Source: an uncultured Planctomycetia bacterium (GTDB taxonomy: Bacteria > Omnitrophota > Gorgyraeia > Tantalellales > Tantalellaceae). From it: a DNA stretch of 64,000 bases. Shown here piece after piece: positions 20,126 through 30,460 of this stretch; position 1 is the stretch's first letter; each line of letters opens with the position of its first letter. Under the pieces are notes generated by a model that worked only from the letters and a program-made list of their open reading frames with translations, did no database searches and was not told where the DNA came from. The DNA is taken from positions 83 through 64,082 of the forward strand of contig CAZGQR010000004.1 in the NCBI GenBank assembly GCA_964527765.1. Direction: 5' to 3'. The position numbers were made by a program, and so were the translations under genes.

Positions 20126-22558
20126 ATGAGGGAATTGAAGGCCGATGCGCTGCGAGAAGTATGTGATTCTTCAGTATTTCCGTTCAAGACCACGGAGGAT
20201 TATGTATTCGAGCATGAACCCCTCCATCAGGAAAGAGGCGTCAGCGCCATAGATTTCGGTTTGAACATAAAGTCGGACGGTTACAATATATTCGTTTGCG
20301 GGGCCGCGGGGACCGGACGCAACACTCAGGTGAAAAAAGCCGTCAATGAGATCGCATCCAGGCAGAAGACGCCCGACGATTGGATATATGTATATAACTT
20401 CATCCATGACGACGAGCCGATAGCTATAAGGCTTCCTGCCGGAAGGGGAATAATATTCAAAAAAGACATGGAAGAGCTGATCAATGATTTGAAAGCGGAG
20501 ATCCCCAGGGCTTTCGAGAGCGAAGATTACGAAACGCGGAAACAGAACCTGCTCAAGGAATACAAGACCAAAAGGGACGCTACCCTTGAGGAGATCGAGA
20601 AAAAGGCTTTCGAGGAGGGTTTTGTGCTGAAACAGTCCGCTACGGGCGTGATCCTTGTTCCCCGCAGCGGGGACCAGCCCATGAACGCCGAAGAATACGA
20701 AAGTCTCTCAGCTGATGAAAAGGAACGGATAGAGAGAAAAAAGCACACGCTGCATATCAAGATCGAGCAGGTTTTGAGCGAAGTGCGCGCCATGGAAAAG
20801 TCCGCCAAGACAAAGATCAAGGAGCTGGAAAAGGAGGTCGCGCTTTTTTCGGTCAAGCACATAATCGATGAGTTGAGATTCAAGTACAGGGAGTTTGAGG
20901 ATATTATCGAGCACCTGAACCACGTGCAGGAAGATGTTGTGGAGAACATGGATATCTTCAGGGAAGAGGAGGAAGAGTCGCAGCCCTCCCTTTTCGGGCT
21001 GAAGGCCGCGCCCAGGAAGAACGCATTCCGCAAGTATGAAGTGAATCTCCTGGTAGATCACAGGCATTCCAAAGGCGCTCCCGTGATATCCGAACCGAAC
21101 CCCACTTATTATAACCTGCTGGGAAGGATCGAGTATGTGTCGCAGTTCGGTTCCATGTCGACCGATTTTACCATGATAGCCCCCGGGGCATTGCATAAGG
21201 CCAACGGCGGATATCTTATCCTTCAGGCGATGGACGTTTTGAGCAGTTTCATGGCGTGGGACGCGCTCAAGCGCGTCATACGGAACCACGAGATCAAGGT
21301 GGAGGACATAAACGAGCAGTTCCGGCTGATAAGCACGACCAGCCTTAAACCCAAACCGATACCTTCGGATATCAAAATGGTCATGGTCGGCCCGCCCTGG
21401 TTGCATCAGTTGCTTTACAAGTTTGACGAGGATTTTCGCAAGATGTTCAAGATCAAGGCGGATTTTGATATCGAGATGGACCGGGACCTGGAAAAGATGA
21501 AGAAATACGCCGCTTTTATAAAAGTAAGGTGCGAGGAAGAAGGGCTCAGGCATTTTGACAGGGAGGCGGTAGCCAGGGTCGTGGAATACGGCTCGCGGCT
21601 CACGCAAGACCAGGAGAAGCTCAGCGCGCGTTTCATGTATATTGCCGACATACTCAGGGAAGCTGATTACTGGGCCAGGCAGGATAATGCGGACTATGTC
21701 GATATCCCGCACATCGAAAAAGCCATACATGAAAAGATCTATCGTTCCAACCTGATAGAGGAGAAGATAGTTGAGATGATAGGCAAGGGAGTCCTGCTGA
21801 TAGACACTGCCGGATCGATTGCGGGGCAGGTCAACGGCCTTTCCGTTATTGATATAGGCGAGTACATGTTCGGCAGGCCGTCACGCATAACCGCCCGGAC
21901 CTACATGGGGAAGAAAGGGGTCGTTGACATCGAGAGGCAGGTGAAGATGGGGGGTAATATCCATTCGAAGGGCGTGATGATCCTGAACGGGTACTTCGGC
22001 GAGAAATTCGCGCAGGATACCCCGCTGACTTTGAGCGCGAGCATCTGTTTTGAGCAGTCGTATTCAGGGATCGAAGGGGACAGCGCTTCGAGCACCGAGG
22101 CCTATTGCCTGCTGTCATCGCTTTCCGACGTGCCTATCAAGCAATCGATAGCGGTTACGGGCTCGATGAACCAGCACGGCATGATACAGCCCGTGGGCGG
22201 GATCAACGAGAAGATCGAGGGGTTTTATCACGTCTGCAAGATAAGGGGGCTTACCGGAAAGGAAGGCGTGATAATACCGGAGCGTAATGTCAAGCATCTC
22301 ATGCTGAAAGATGAAGTGATAGATGCCGTGAAAAAGAAAAAGTTCCATATATGGGCCGTGTCCACGATCGACGAGGGGATAGAGATCCTTACCGGGAAAA
22401 AAGCCGGGAAAAAGGACAAAAAAGGAAAATATCCCAAAGGGACGATCAATTACCTGGTAGATCAAAAACTGCGGGAATACTCAGAAAAGTTCGCCAAGCT
22501 CGGGGGCAAGAAAAGGAAGTCCGGGAAAAAAGGCGGCGCCGGGAAGAAAAAGGCATGA
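20126..22558 (+). CDS. Lon-like protease (LonC/LonB-type): degenerate AAA-like module plus C-terminal S16 Ser-Lys peptidase domain, with a polybasic tail
   Basis: 810 aa. P-loop is degenerate (VCGAAGTGRNT, with Arg/Asn where Lys/Thr are expected). C-terminal GDSASSTEAY (catalytic Ser context as in archaeal-type LonB) and a downstream KEGVIIPERN Lys region. Last 40 aa are Lys/Gly-rich. Confidence 0.7.
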   Translation: MRELKADALREVCDSSVFPFKTTEDYVFEHEPLHQERGVSAIDFGLNIKSDGYNIFVCGAAGTGRNTQVKKAVNEIASRQKTPDDWIYVYNFIHDDEPIAIRLPAGRGIIFKKDMEELINDLKAEIPRAFESEDYETRKQNLLKEYKTKRDATLEEIEKKAFEEGFVLKQSATGVILVPRSGDQPMNAEEYESLSADEKERIERKKHTLHIKIEQVLSEVRAMEKSAKTKIKELEKEVALFSVKHIIDELRFKYREFEDIIEHLNHVQEDVVENMDIFREEEEESQPSLFGLKAAPRKNAFRKYEVNLLVDHRHSKGAPVISEPNPTYYNLLGRIEYVSQFGSMSTDFTMIAPGALHKANGGYLILQAMDVLSSFMAWDALKRVIRNHEIKVEDINEQFRLISTTSLKPKPIPSDIKMVMVGPPWLHQLLYKFDEDFRKMFKIKADFDIEMDRDLEKMKKYAAFIKVRCEEEGLRHFDREAVARVVEYGSRLTQDQEKLSARFMYIADILREADYWARQDNADYVDIPHIEKAIHEKIYRSNLIEEKIVEMIGKGVLLIDTAGSIAGQVNGLSVIDIGEYMFGRPSRITARTYMGKKGVVDIERQVKMGGNIHSKGVMILNGYFGEKFAQDTPLTLSASICFEQSYSGIEGDSASSTEAYCLLSSLSDVPIKQSIAVTGSMNQHGMIQPVGGINEKIEGFYHVCKIRGLTGKEGVIIPERNVKHLMLKDEVIDAVKKKKFHIWAVSTIDEGIEILTGKKAGKKDKKGKYPKGTINYLVDQKLREYSEKFAKLGGKKRKSGKKGGAGKKKA

Positions 22559-22586
22559 CGCACCTGCCGGTGCAGATTAAAAGAAC

Positions 22587-24230
22587 ATGAATATATTACT
22601 GGTCATAGGTCTGATAATACTGCTCGGGACTATCGGAGGCAGGATAATCCGCAAATTCAACCTGCCCCAGGTAATGGGATACATGCTCATAGGGCTTCTC
22701 CTGGGAGAGTCTTTTCACGGCGTTCTGGCGGGTGAGGTGCTGGATTCTTTCAGGCCCATTATAAATCTGGCCCTCGGCATTATAGGTTTTATGATAGGGG
22801 CGGAGCTTCGTTTTGACCGCTTTAAAAGGTACAGCCGCTCGATATATACCATACTTTTCTTTGAAGCTTTCCTGACATTTTTTTTGGTCGCCACAACAGT
22901 TATCGCGCTGACGCAGAAGGTCTACATGGGCCTGATACTGGGGGCGCTGGCTTCCGCCACGGCTCCGGCAGCGACCTACAGCGTTCTGGGGGAATACAAG
23001 GCGAGGGGGCCGGTGACGATGACGACGCTCTCTATCGTTGCCCTGGACGACGCGCTGGCGCTTTTGTTGTACGGATTCGCGAGTGTATTCGCCAGGTCTC
23101 TTATCGTGCATGAAGGCCTGTCGTTCATGAAGACCATGGCGACACCCATGCTGCAGATAACAGGCTCGGTCCTGATAGGCGCCGCGGCCGGGTTTGCGCT
23201 TCACAGGGTTCTCTCCAGAACGAGGGAGAAGGAATGGACGCTGCCGTTCGTGCTCGGTACGATCATACTTGTTGTGGGCCTTTCCATATATTTCAGGGTA
23301 GATCCCATACTTGCGTCGATGGTGTTGGGCATCGTAACGGCTAATCTGGAGTTTCCCAAAGGTCACGAGATATTCGATCTTATTAAAAGATTCAGCGCTC
23401 CTATATTCATCCTTTTCTTCGTACTGGTTGGAGCGCGTCTTGATGCCAGGATAGTGATAAAAGGCGGTGTCCTCCTCCTCGCGATCGCTTACATTTTCAG
23501 CCGGAGTATCGGTAAGATGGCGGGTGCTTATATAGGCGGGAAGATCTCCAGAGCGGAGAAGACCGTGACAAAGTACACGGGTTTCTGCCTTTTCGACCAG
23601 GCGGGCGTCGCGGTCGGCCTGGCCATAGCCGCTTTTAACACTTTCAGTCTTCTGGGAGGCGAGGCCCTGGTGGCCGGCATTATGATAGTCAACATCGTGA
23701 CGGCTACGACATTCCTGCTGCAGCTCGTTGCTCCCCCGATGATCAAATACGCTATAAGAAAAGCGGACGAGATGAACAGGAATATCACGGAAGAGGATAT
23801 AGTGGAATCTTATAAGGTCGGCGATGTTATGCAGGAAGACTTTTTTATCATAAGGGAGAACAATAACCTGCATCAAATAATAGATATCATGAAGAAGAGC
23901 GACGCGTATATTTTTCCGGTGGTAAATATGAACAGCGATTTCATGGGGGTCATTTCACTCGGTGAGATACGCGACACTTTTTACGAAGAACAGATGGATC
24001 AATTGGTCCTCGCGGGAGATATTGTCAGCGCCACCGAGGCCGTGGTATATGCGGATCAGGACCTCAGGGACGTAATGGATATATTCAAGACGAAGAATGT
24101 CGAGTATATACCGGTCCTGGAGAAAGAAGGTTCGCTTAAGATCGTAGGACAGCTGCAATATCGAAAGCTGATGGATTATATAAGCAAGGAAGTCCTGCTG
24201 CGACAGCAGGAACTTGAGCGCAAGGATTAA
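22587..24230 (+). CDS. Cation:proton antiporter (CPA/NhaP-Kef-like) with C-terminal CBS-pair domain
   Basis: 547 aa, about 12 TM helices, with a GYMLIGLLLGESFHGVL N-terminus typical of Na+/H+ exchangers. C-terminal 150 aa has two CBS-like repeats. Confidence 0.7.
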   Translation: MNILLVIGLIILLGTIGGRIIRKFNLPQVMGYMLIGLLLGESFHGVLAGEVLDSFRPIINLALGIIGFMIGAELRFDRFKRYSRSIYTILFFEAFLTFFLVATTVIALTQKVYMGLILGALASATAPAATYSVLGEYKARGPVTMTTLSIVALDDALALLLYGFASVFARSLIVHEGLSFMKTMATPMLQITGSVLIGAAAGFALHRVLSRTREKEWTLPFVLGTIILVVGLSIYFRVDPILASMVLGIVTANLEFPKGHEIFDLIKRFSAPIFILFFVLVGARLDARIVIKGGVLLLAIAYIFSRSIGKMAGAYIGGKISRAEKTVTKYTGFCLFDQAGVAVGLAIAAFNTFSLLGGEALVAGIMIVNIVTATTFLLQLVAPPMIKYAIRKADEMNRNITEEDIVESYKVGDVMQEDFFIIRENNNLHQIIDIMKKSDAYIFPVVNMNSDFMGVISLGEIRDTFYEEQMDQLVLAGDIVSATEAVVYADQDLRDVMDIFKTKNVEYIPVLEKEGSLKIVGQLQYRKLMDYISKEVLLRQQELERKD

Positions 24231-24246
24231 ATAGAGAGGAGATATT

Positions 24247-24858
24247 GTGAAAAAGATTTCAGTTATCGTGTTTATGGTGAGCATGTCGCTGGTATTTTTA
24301 TTTCCGTGCGAAGGAAAATGTCAGGTAAAAAAGAATCTTTACAGCATGATGAGCGACGCAAAAGAGGTCAAGGTATATGTCGCTGAAGTGATCGATTCTT
24401 CCGGCCAGGCGGCGGATATACGGGTTTCTCTTAGAAAGAGCATCGAAGACGCACTGGCTACGAGGATGACCATAAATTTTGTGCCGGTTTCCAGCGAAAA
24501 TAACGCCGATGTAGTCATTACCTGTGATATTATCGAAAGAATATGGATGAAGGAAGACCCGTTGGACCAGATACACGGCATCGGCCCGGCTGCCATGGAT
24601 ATCGCCATGTCCGAGAATTACGCCCGCATGCGGGCTGTTTTTGCAGTGGAAAGAGGGGGGAAGAAAGTCATCCTTAAGGGGTTGAGGCGGTTCTTCAGGA
24701 GAAGCAATGTCATATGGAAACAGGAGCTCCAGGCCACTATTACTAAAAAAGTTATGCCCGAAAAGGAAAGTATACCCCTTTTGGAGGACCGTATCGTTCA
24801 GGTTTTCATGCGCAAGTGTTTCAGTAAAAACGCCCAATCACTAAGCACAGTATATTAG
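24247..24858 (+). CDS. Hypothetical secreted protein or lipoprotein
   Basis: GTG start behind GAGAGGAG. N-terminal signal peptide VKKISVIVFMVSMSLVFLFPC. No recognisable domain. Confidence 0.45.
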   Translation: MKKISVIVFMVSMSLVFLFPCEGKCQVKKNLYSMMSDAKEVKVYVAEVIDSSGQAADIRVSLRKSIEDALATRMTINFVPVSSENNADVVITCDIIERIWMKEDPLDQIHGIGPAAMDIAMSENYARMRAVFAVERGGKKVILKGLRRFFRRSNVIWKQELQATITKKVMPEKESIPLLEDRIVQVFMRKCFSKNAQSLSTVY

Positions 24859-24904
24859 GGACGTTTTTCAAATTAAACCCAGACCGTAAGAAAATGTGAA
24901 CTTG

Positions 24905-24987
24905 GACCTGTCCCCGCGGTCAATCCTAGACCTGTCCCCAAGGTCGATCCTAGACCTGTCCCCATAGCCAATCTTAGACTTGTTCCC
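24905..24987. repeat. Tandem REP array, four copies of TAGACCTGTCCCC (the last degenerate)
   Basis: Copies at 24905-24915, 24927-24939, 24951-24963 and 24975-24987, spaced about 24 bp apart. Inverted counterparts lie at 25538-25576. Confidence 0.65.
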
Positions 24988-24993
24988 GATATT

Positions 24994-25473
24994 TTAAATT
25001 TTAAACTTATCCAAAATGTTATTTTTCTTATCTAAAACTCTGAATTTGTAGCTACACCAAGAATAATCTTCGGCCCTTTTACAGATATTAGCCCTAATTG
25101 GATTATACTCAATATATGAGATTATATTGATCAGATATTCGTCATTTTGAACCAGGAAGCTTTTATATCGATTTTGCCATAAGTGGCCACATTTATTGTA
25201 CTTGAAGTTATAGTATTGAGCATAAGATAAGTTTATTCTATGCATAATGTGTTTCAATGTTCCGGGTTTTATGGGGTTGATGAGTAAGTGCACATGATTC
25301 GGCATCAGGCAATAGGCATAGACTTTTACGCGGAATTTGCTTTTATATTTCCATAAGATGTGAAGATAGCGTTCAAAATCAGCACGCTCGAGGAAAACAT
25401 CTTCTTTACGAATACCCCGAGTGATTACATGGTAAGAAGAACTTTCAAAAAGAATTCTAGCAGTTCTGGCCAT
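24994..25473 (-). CDS. REP-associated tyrosine transposase (RAYT, IS200/IS605-like Y1 transposase), second copy
   Basis: MARTARILFESSSYHVITRG N-terminus, HVHLL HuH motif, C-terminal DYSWCSYKF catalytic Tyr context. About 50% identical to the copy at 15137-15679. Start trimmed to the conserved Met (listed ORF extends to 25524). Confidence 0.8.
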   Translation of the reverse strand: MARTARILFESSSYHVITRGIRKEDVFLERADFERYLHILWKYKSKFRVKVYAYCLMPNHVHLLINPIKPGTLKHIMHRINLSYAQYYNFKYNKCGHLWQNRYKSFLVQNDEYLINIISYIEYNPIRANICKRAEDYSWCSYKFRVLDKKNNILDKFKI

Positions 25474-25537
25474 AATTTCACCTCCTACCATTATTAGACG
25501 CAAAAAAGCGGGAAATTCTTTCAAAAAAATTAAAAAA

Positions 25538-25576
25538 GGGGACAGGTCTAGGATCGACCTTGGGGACAGGTCTGGG
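25538..25576. repeat. REP copies (2x GGGGACAGGTCT)
   Basis: Reverse complement of the TAGACCTGTCCCC copies at 24905-24987. Confidence 0.65.
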
Positions 25577-25619
25577 ATTAAAATTATTTACGGTCTGGGA
25601 ACAAAATGAGAAACGTCCC

Positions 25620-25648
25620 TTGACTTTTTGGGTTTTGTCGGGTAATAT
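25620..25648 (+). promoter_or_regulatory. sigma70-like promoter of clpB (TTGACT - 17 nt - TAATAT)
   Basis: -35 at 25620-25625 and -10 at 25643-25648, about 80 nt upstream of the clpB ATG. It immediately abuts the right inverted repeat of RAYT-REP unit 2. Confidence 0.45.
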
Positions 25649-25726
25649 ATAGATAGATGTAAATATGTCTATATGATGACTTATTTCTGTCATTTAAGGT
25701 GTTAATGTATCAGGAGGATAAGAGTC

Positions 25727-28318
25727 ATGAAGGCGGATAAACTTACCGTAAAGACCCAGGAGGCGATCAGGGATGCTATCAGCGAAGCCGTTGAGAGGGG
25801 GCATCAGGAGGTAGATGTCGAACATCTTTTATATGTCCTTCTCGGCGATGAGACGGGTGTATGCGCGAGCGTTCTCAAAAAGATCGGTGCCGATATAAAT
25901 AAGATCCGCTCGGAACTGGGAGAAGAGCTTACGAAAAGAGCCCGGGTCTCGGGAGGCGCCGCCCAGCCGTATTTTTCCGGAAGACTGAATAAGGTCTTTT
26001 CCGATGCGGAAAAGGAGGCAAAGCAGCTGAAAGACGAATACATCAGCGTTGAGCATTTGCTTCTCGCCGTGACGGGCGAAAAAGGAACAAAGCTTGCCGA
26101 AATATTCAGGTCCCAGCAAATAACCCGTGATAGTGTCCTGCGCGCTCTTCAGGAGGTCAGAGGCGGGCACAGAGTGACCGACGACAATCCCGAGGGCAAA
26201 TATCAGGCGCTCGAAAAATACGGCAGGGACCTCGTCGATCTTGCGAACAGGGGAAAACTGGACCCCGTTATCGGGCGCGACGAGGAGATACGCAGGCTGA
26301 TCCACGTGCTGTCGCGCCGGACCAAGAATAATCCGGTTCTTATAGGGGATCCCGGGACGGGGAAGACCGCTGTCGTCGAGGGCCTCGCGCGGAGGATATC
26401 TTCGGGAGATGTCCCCAGCAGGCTCAAGGACAAGAGGATAATCGCCCTTGATATCGGGGCCCTGGTCGCGGGGGCCAAGTTCCGGGGAGAGTTCGAAGAC
26501 AGGCTGAAAGCCGTGCTCAAGGAGATAAAGGAAAGAGAAGGAGAGATCATACTGTTCATCGACGAATTACATGTTCTCGTGGGGGCCGGCGGGGCCGAAG
26601 GCGCGGTGGACGCTTCCAACATGCTGAAGCCCGCGCTCGCGAGAGGAGAACTGCGCTGCATAGGAGCCACGACCCTGGATGAGTATAGAAAATACATAGA
26701 AAAGGACAAAGCTCTTGAAAGAAGGTTCCAGCAGATATTCATAGGTGAACCTACGGTGGAAAATACTATTGCCATACTGCGGGGGCTCAAGGAAAAATAC
26801 GAGATACATCACGGTGTAAGGATATCGGATGCCGCGATCATCGCCGCGGCGACATTATCCGACAGGTATATCACGGGCAGGTTCCTGCCGGATAAAGCCA
26901 TAGATCTTATCGACGAGGCGGCTTCCAAATTGCGCATAGAGATCGACAGCGTTCCCACGGATATAGATCAGGTGCAGAGAAAGATCATGCAGCTTGAGAT
27001 AGAAAGACAGGCCCTCAAGAAAGAGGAAAGCAGCGCTGCGGGGAAAGATAAGATCAAGGACGTGGACAAGGAGCTGAAGAAGCTGCGCGATGAGCTCCAG
27101 GAGATGAAAGCCCACTGGGAAAAGGAGAAAAGTTCGATCAGCAAGATAAGCGAGATAAAAGAGAAGATCGACGAGGCGAAAATAGAGGAGACCAACGCCG
27201 AAAAAGAGGGGAACCTGGCAAAGGTCTCGGAGATCCGTTACGGTACCCTGGTCAAGCTGAAAAAACAGCTGGACGAGGAGAGCAAGCTCCTGGCGGCCGT
27301 TCAGAAAGACAGGAAAATGCTGAAAGAAGAGGTGGATGACGAGGATATAGCGAAGATCGTATCGCAATGGACGGGGATCCCCATAACCAAGCTCATGGAA
27401 TCCGAGATGCATAAGCTTGTTCACATGGAAGAGGTCCTGAAGACCCGGATCGTCGGACAGGATGAATCCGTGGAGAAGATCTCCAACGCTGTCAGACGGT
27501 CCCGGAGCGGACTGGGAGACCCCTCAAGGCCCATAGGGTCCTTTCTTTTTCTGGGGCCGACAGGAGTGGGCAAAACACACATGGCCAGGACCCTGGCCTG
27601 GTTCCTGTTCAACGATCCGGAAGCCATGGTGAGGATAGATATGTCGGAATACATGGAGAAACACGCGGTATCCCGTCTTATCGGCGCTCCCCCGGGGTAC
27701 GTGGGCTACGAAGAAGGAGGTCAGCTGACGGAGAAAGTGCGCCGCAGGCCGTACTGCGTGATACTCCTTGACGAAGTAGAGAAAGCTCACCACGACGTGT
27801 TCAATATTCTCCTGCAGATAATGGATGACGGCCGCCTCACTGACAACCAGGGGCACGTGGTGAATTTTAAGAATACCATCATAATAATGACGTCGAATAT
27901 AGGCAGTCAGTATTTTGCGGACAAGACCAGCATGGAGGAAGGTCTTTCCAGGCAGGTGCTGGCGGAAGTGAAGAGGCATTTCCGGCCGGAATTTCTGAAC
28001 AGGCTTGACGAGATCATCATCTTCAACCGTTTGACCGAAAATGATATTCTGAAAATAGTAGATCTTGAGCTGGAGCAGATCAAACAGCGGCTCTCCGAAC
28101 GCAGCATAACCGTTGATGTCACGGAGAAGGCCAGGGAAGAACTTGCCAAGCGCGGCTTCGATCCCGATTACGGAGCAAGGCCGCTGAAGCGCCTTATCCA
28201 AAAGGAGATACAGGACAGGATAGCCCTCGCGCTTTTGGAGAACAAGGTTTCAGACGGGTCGAATATTTGTGTGGATCGCGATAAGAAGGGCAAGGGCTTT
28301 ATTGTTGAGAAGACGTAA
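25727..28318 (+). CDS. clpB: ATP-dependent chaperone ClpB
   Basis: 863 aa. Two AAA+ modules ([13 protein letters not shown]; [12 protein letters not shown]), a long coiled-coil middle domain, and N-terminal Clp_N repeats. Confidence 0.95.
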   Translation: MKADKLTVKTQEAIRDAISEAVERGHQEVDVEHLLYVLLGDETGVCASVLKKIGADINKIRSELGEELTKRARVSGGAAQPYFSGRLNKVFSDAEKEAKQLKDEYISVEHLLLAVTGEKGTKLAEIFRSQQITRDSVLRALQEVRGGHRVTDDNPEGKYQALEKYGRDLVDLANRGKLDPVIGRDEEIRRLIHVLSRRTKNNPVLIGDPGTGKTAVVEGLARRISSGDVPSRLKDKRIIALDIGALVAGAKFRGEFEDRLKAVLKEIKEREGEIILFIDELHVLVGAGGAEGAVDASNMLKPALARGELRCIGATTLDEYRKYIEKDKALERRFQQIFIGEPTVENTIAILRGLKEKYEIHHGVRISDAAIIAAATLSDRYITGRFLPDKAIDLIDEAASKLRIEIDSVPTDIDQVQRKIMQLEIERQALKKEESSAAGKDKIKDVDKELKKLRDELQEMKAHWEKEKSSISKISEIKEKIDEAKIEETNAEKEGNLAKVSEIRYGTLVKLKKQLDEESKLLAAVQKDRKMLKEEVDDEDIAKIVSQWTGIPITKLMESEMHKLVHMEEVLKTRIVGQDESVEKISNAVRRSRSGLGDPSRPIGSFLFLGPTGVGKTHMARTLAWFLFNDPEAMVRIDMSEYMEKHAVSRLIGAPPGYVGYEEGGQLTEKVRRRPYCVILLDEVEKAHHDVFNILLQIMDDGRLTDNQGHVVNFKNTIIIMTSNIGSQYFADKTSMEEGLSRQVLAEVKRHFRPEFLNRLDEIIIFNRLTENDILKIVDLELEQIKQRLSERSITVDVTEKAREELAKRGFDPDYGARPLKRLIQKEIQDRIALALLENKVSDGSNICVDRDKKGKGFIVEKT

Positions 28319-28401
28319 CGACCCGATCGCTGACCGCTTGGATCAAGGGGATATAATACTTAATCGGAGAAATTAGGCGCAGGAAATAAAAGGAGAATAC
28401 A

Positions 28402-29064
28402 ATGGGTAACGATGATTACTATTCCATACTGGGCGTGAAGGAAGATGCGAGCGACGCGGAGATCAAAAAAGCCTACAGAAAGCTTGCCCTGAAGTATCAT
28501 CCCGACAAGAACCCGGGGAACAAGAAGGCCGAGGAAACGTTCAAAAGGATATCGGAAGCATATTATGCCCTCGGGGACCCGAAGCGCAGGAAAGAGTACG
28601 ATAATCTTCGCAGGATGGGAGCCTATACGGGCGATTTCTCTTCAGCGCAGGGGTTTGATTTCTCCGAATTTTCAAAGCATTTTTCGGAAGGCGGAGGGGG
28701 CTTCTCTTCAAGTTCCATATTCGGCGATATTTTCAATGATCTTTTTTCCGGGATGGGAGAAGGAAGAAAAGGGGGCAGATACACGTATTATTATTCCGCG
28801 CCCGGGCAGCCCGGGGGCAGGACGGGAGGAGCATATGCCGGGGCCGGGGTGGACACCGACACGAAAGCAGTGCTCCCGATCCCCGCGAACCTTGCAAAAA
28901 AAGGAGGGGAGGCGAAATTCAAGCTTGCCACCGGGGGACATATAACTCTTAAGATCCCGGCAGGGACAAAGAACGGGCAGAAGATGCGGCTGAAAGGCCA
29001 GGGCGAGAAATGCCCGTATTGCAAACACAAGGGGGATCTGATCGTTACGATAAGCATAAAATAA
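28402..29064 (+). CDS. J-domain co-chaperone (DnaJ/CbpA-like, lacking the 4x CxxCxGxG zinc-finger region)
   Basis: DYYSILGV....[14 protein letters not shown]-domain with HPD motif. G/F-rich linker and a short C-terminal beta domain. Confidence 0.8.
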   Translation: MGNDDYYSILGVKEDASDAEIKKAYRKLALKYHPDKNPGNKKAEETFKRISEAYYALGDPKRRKEYDNLRRMGAYTGDFSSAQGFDFSEFSKHFSEGGGGFSSSSIFGDIFNDLFSGMGEGRKGGRYTYYYSAPGQPGGRTGGAYAGAGVDTDTKAVLPIPANLAKKGGEAKFKLATGGHITLKIPAGTKNGQKMRLKGQGEKCPYCKHKGDLIVTISIK

Positions 29065-29073
29065 GGTGAAGAG

Positions 29074-29370
29074 ATGGCGGACTATGATTTTGTAAAAATA
29101 TTCAAGGCGCTTGCGGACAAGACAAGGCAGGACATACTGGAACTCCTGGGGGAAGAGGAGATGAACGTTACCGATATCTGCTCGGAGTTCCGGATATCAC
29201 AGCCCACCATATCGCATCACCTGCATATACTCAAAAACTGCAACCTGGTGGATTTCCGTAAAGAAGGAAAAAATATCTATTACTATGTGAAACAGGAGAT
29301 AATGAACGATATGTTTGGCACTGTTGTCCGAAAGATGCATATCAGGATCGTGAAAAAGGAAAGGAAGTAA
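29074..29370 (+). CDS. ArsR/SmtB-family HTH transcriptional regulator
   Basis: 98 aa. ALADKTRQDILELL....ISQPTISHHLHILKNCNLV winged-helix signature. Confidence 0.75.
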   Translation: MADYDFVKIFKALADKTRQDILELLGEEEMNVTDICSEFRISQPTISHHLHILKNCNLVDFRKEGKNIYYYVKQEIMNDMFGTVVRKMHIRIVKKERK

Positions 29371-29379
29371 CGGCGGAAC

Positions 29380-30012
29380 ATGAAAGAGGTCATCCTGGCA
29401 TCCGCGTCCGAAAGAAGGTCCCGCATCCTTGCGGACTGCGGGATCGCCCATAAGGTCATTCCGAGCAGCGTAAAAGAGGAAACACATGAAAAGAGGCATG
29501 TTTCCGAAAGCGTGCAGCTTAACGCCGAAGCGAAAGCCGAGAAGGTCGCCGCGGCCAATAAGGGATCCATCATAATAGGGGCCGATACCCTTGTCGTTCA
29601 CGGGGAAGATATCATCGGCAAACCCGGCGGGGAGGACGCGGCCCGGGAGATGCTCAGGAAATTTTCCGGCAGCGAAATAGAAGTGTATACGGGCCTTTGC
29701 GTCATAAATCCTGAAGGGAGACCCGCTGGGAACGGCGCCGGCATTTCTAACAGGACGAGCAGGAAGGCCGCCGGCTTCGAAAAAAGCAGCCTGCTGGTAG
29801 TCCCGCTGTCTGAGAGCCGGGCCGAGAGATATTTTCAGCTGCTTGCGCCATACGATAAAGCCGGCGGTTTTTCGATCGAAGGCGTCGGTTCCATGCTTTT
29901 TGACAATATCAAGGGGTCATATTTCAATATTCTGGGACTGCCCATGATAAAACTTGGCGAGGTGTTCAGCCGGGCGGGGCTGGATATCCTGGATCATATC
30001 AGCAAAAGATAG
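29380..30012 (+). CDS. maf: Maf-like nucleoside triphosphate pyrophosphatase
   Basis: VILASASERRSRIL...IIGADTLV are Maf motifs. 210 aa with an inserted stretch in the middle. Confidence 0.85.
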   Translation: MKEVILASASERRSRILADCGIAHKVIPSSVKEETHEKRHVSESVQLNAEAKAEKVAAANKGSIIIGADTLVVHGEDIIGKPGGEDAAREMLRKFSGSEIEVYTGLCVINPEGRPAGNGAGISNRTSRKAAGFEKSSLLVVPLSESRAERYFQLLAPYDKAGGFSIEGVGSMLFDNIKGSYFNILGLPMIKLGEVFSRAGLDILDHISKR

Positions 30013-30070
30013 CACCAGAGGAAGATATTAGAGTGATTTTAGAATTTTTATATGGTAAAATAAAAGTGCA

Positions 30071-30436
30071 ATGAAAAACAAAAGAAGTCACGTACGCTAT
30101 AAGATCTTCATGTCTCCTCTTCGCTGTTCAAGATGCGATTCCAAGGATATTAAAGTCGATGTCAGCGATATTTCATGCGGCGGCATGAGAATATCTACGA
30201 ACGAGAAACTGTCCGCGGGCAAAAAGATAGAACTGGAGCTGAACATTCCCGGCGATGATATACCAATGTTTGTCGGCGGTGAGGTCGCCTGGGTCGCCAG
30301 GGATAAAGACGACGAAGGCAGTTATAACGCCGGAATAAAATTTACGAGGATCAATTATTGTGATACGGAACGGTTGGCAAAATATATCCAGTCAAGTTTT
30401 GGCGTGCAGGATATGGACTTACCCCCGGAGCTATAA
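30071..30436 (+). CDS. PilZ-domain protein (putative c-di-GMP receptor)
   Basis: RSHVR (RxxxR) and DISCGG (DxSxxG) motifs at canonical spacing. 121 aa. Confidence 0.7.
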   Translation: MKNKRSHVRYKIFMSPLRCSRCDSKDIKVDVSDISCGGMRISTNEKLSAGKKIELELNIPGDDIPMFVGGEVAWVARDKDDEGSYNAGIKFTRINYCDTERLAKYIQSSFGVQDMDLPPEL

Positions 30437-30460
30437 TCTTATTTGAAGGAGAAAAGGCAT

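Larger units (their letters stand above)
24858..25619. mobile_element. RAYT-REP (BIME-like) unit 2, bounded by about 32-bp imperfect inverted repeats
   Basis: Outer inverted repeats GGGACGTTTTTCAAATTAAACCCAGACCGTAA (24858-24889) and TTACGGTCTGGGAACAAAATGAGAAACGTCCC (25588-25619). Tandem REP copies on both sides, in inverted orientation, flank a second Y1 transposase. Confidence 0.6.

Noticed and set aside
20708-21730. 340-aa minus-strand ORF
   Set aside because: Antisense to the Lon-like protease gene, with no motifs.
22596-23876. 426-aa minus-strand ORF
   Set aside because: Antisense to the CPA antiporter, whose plus-strand frame has a clean 12-TM hydropathy pattern. The minus-strand product is Arg/Gln-rich low complexity.
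24905-24990. Possible mini-CRISPR array (regularly spaced 13-bp repeats with about 11-bp spacers)
   Set aside because: Only 3-4 copies. Repeats and spacers are far too short. Inverted copies of the same motif lie on the other side of a Y1 transposase, and the spacer sequence GGTCGATCC is itself repeated. This is a REP/BIME array, not CRISPR.
25640-25680. Possible HrcA CIRCE or CtsR operator upstream of clpB
   Set aside because: Only a weak 7-bp inverted repeat (ATATAGA...TCTATAT) was found. There is no match to the CIRCE consensus TTAGCACTC-N9-GAGTGCTAA or to CtsR heptad repeats.
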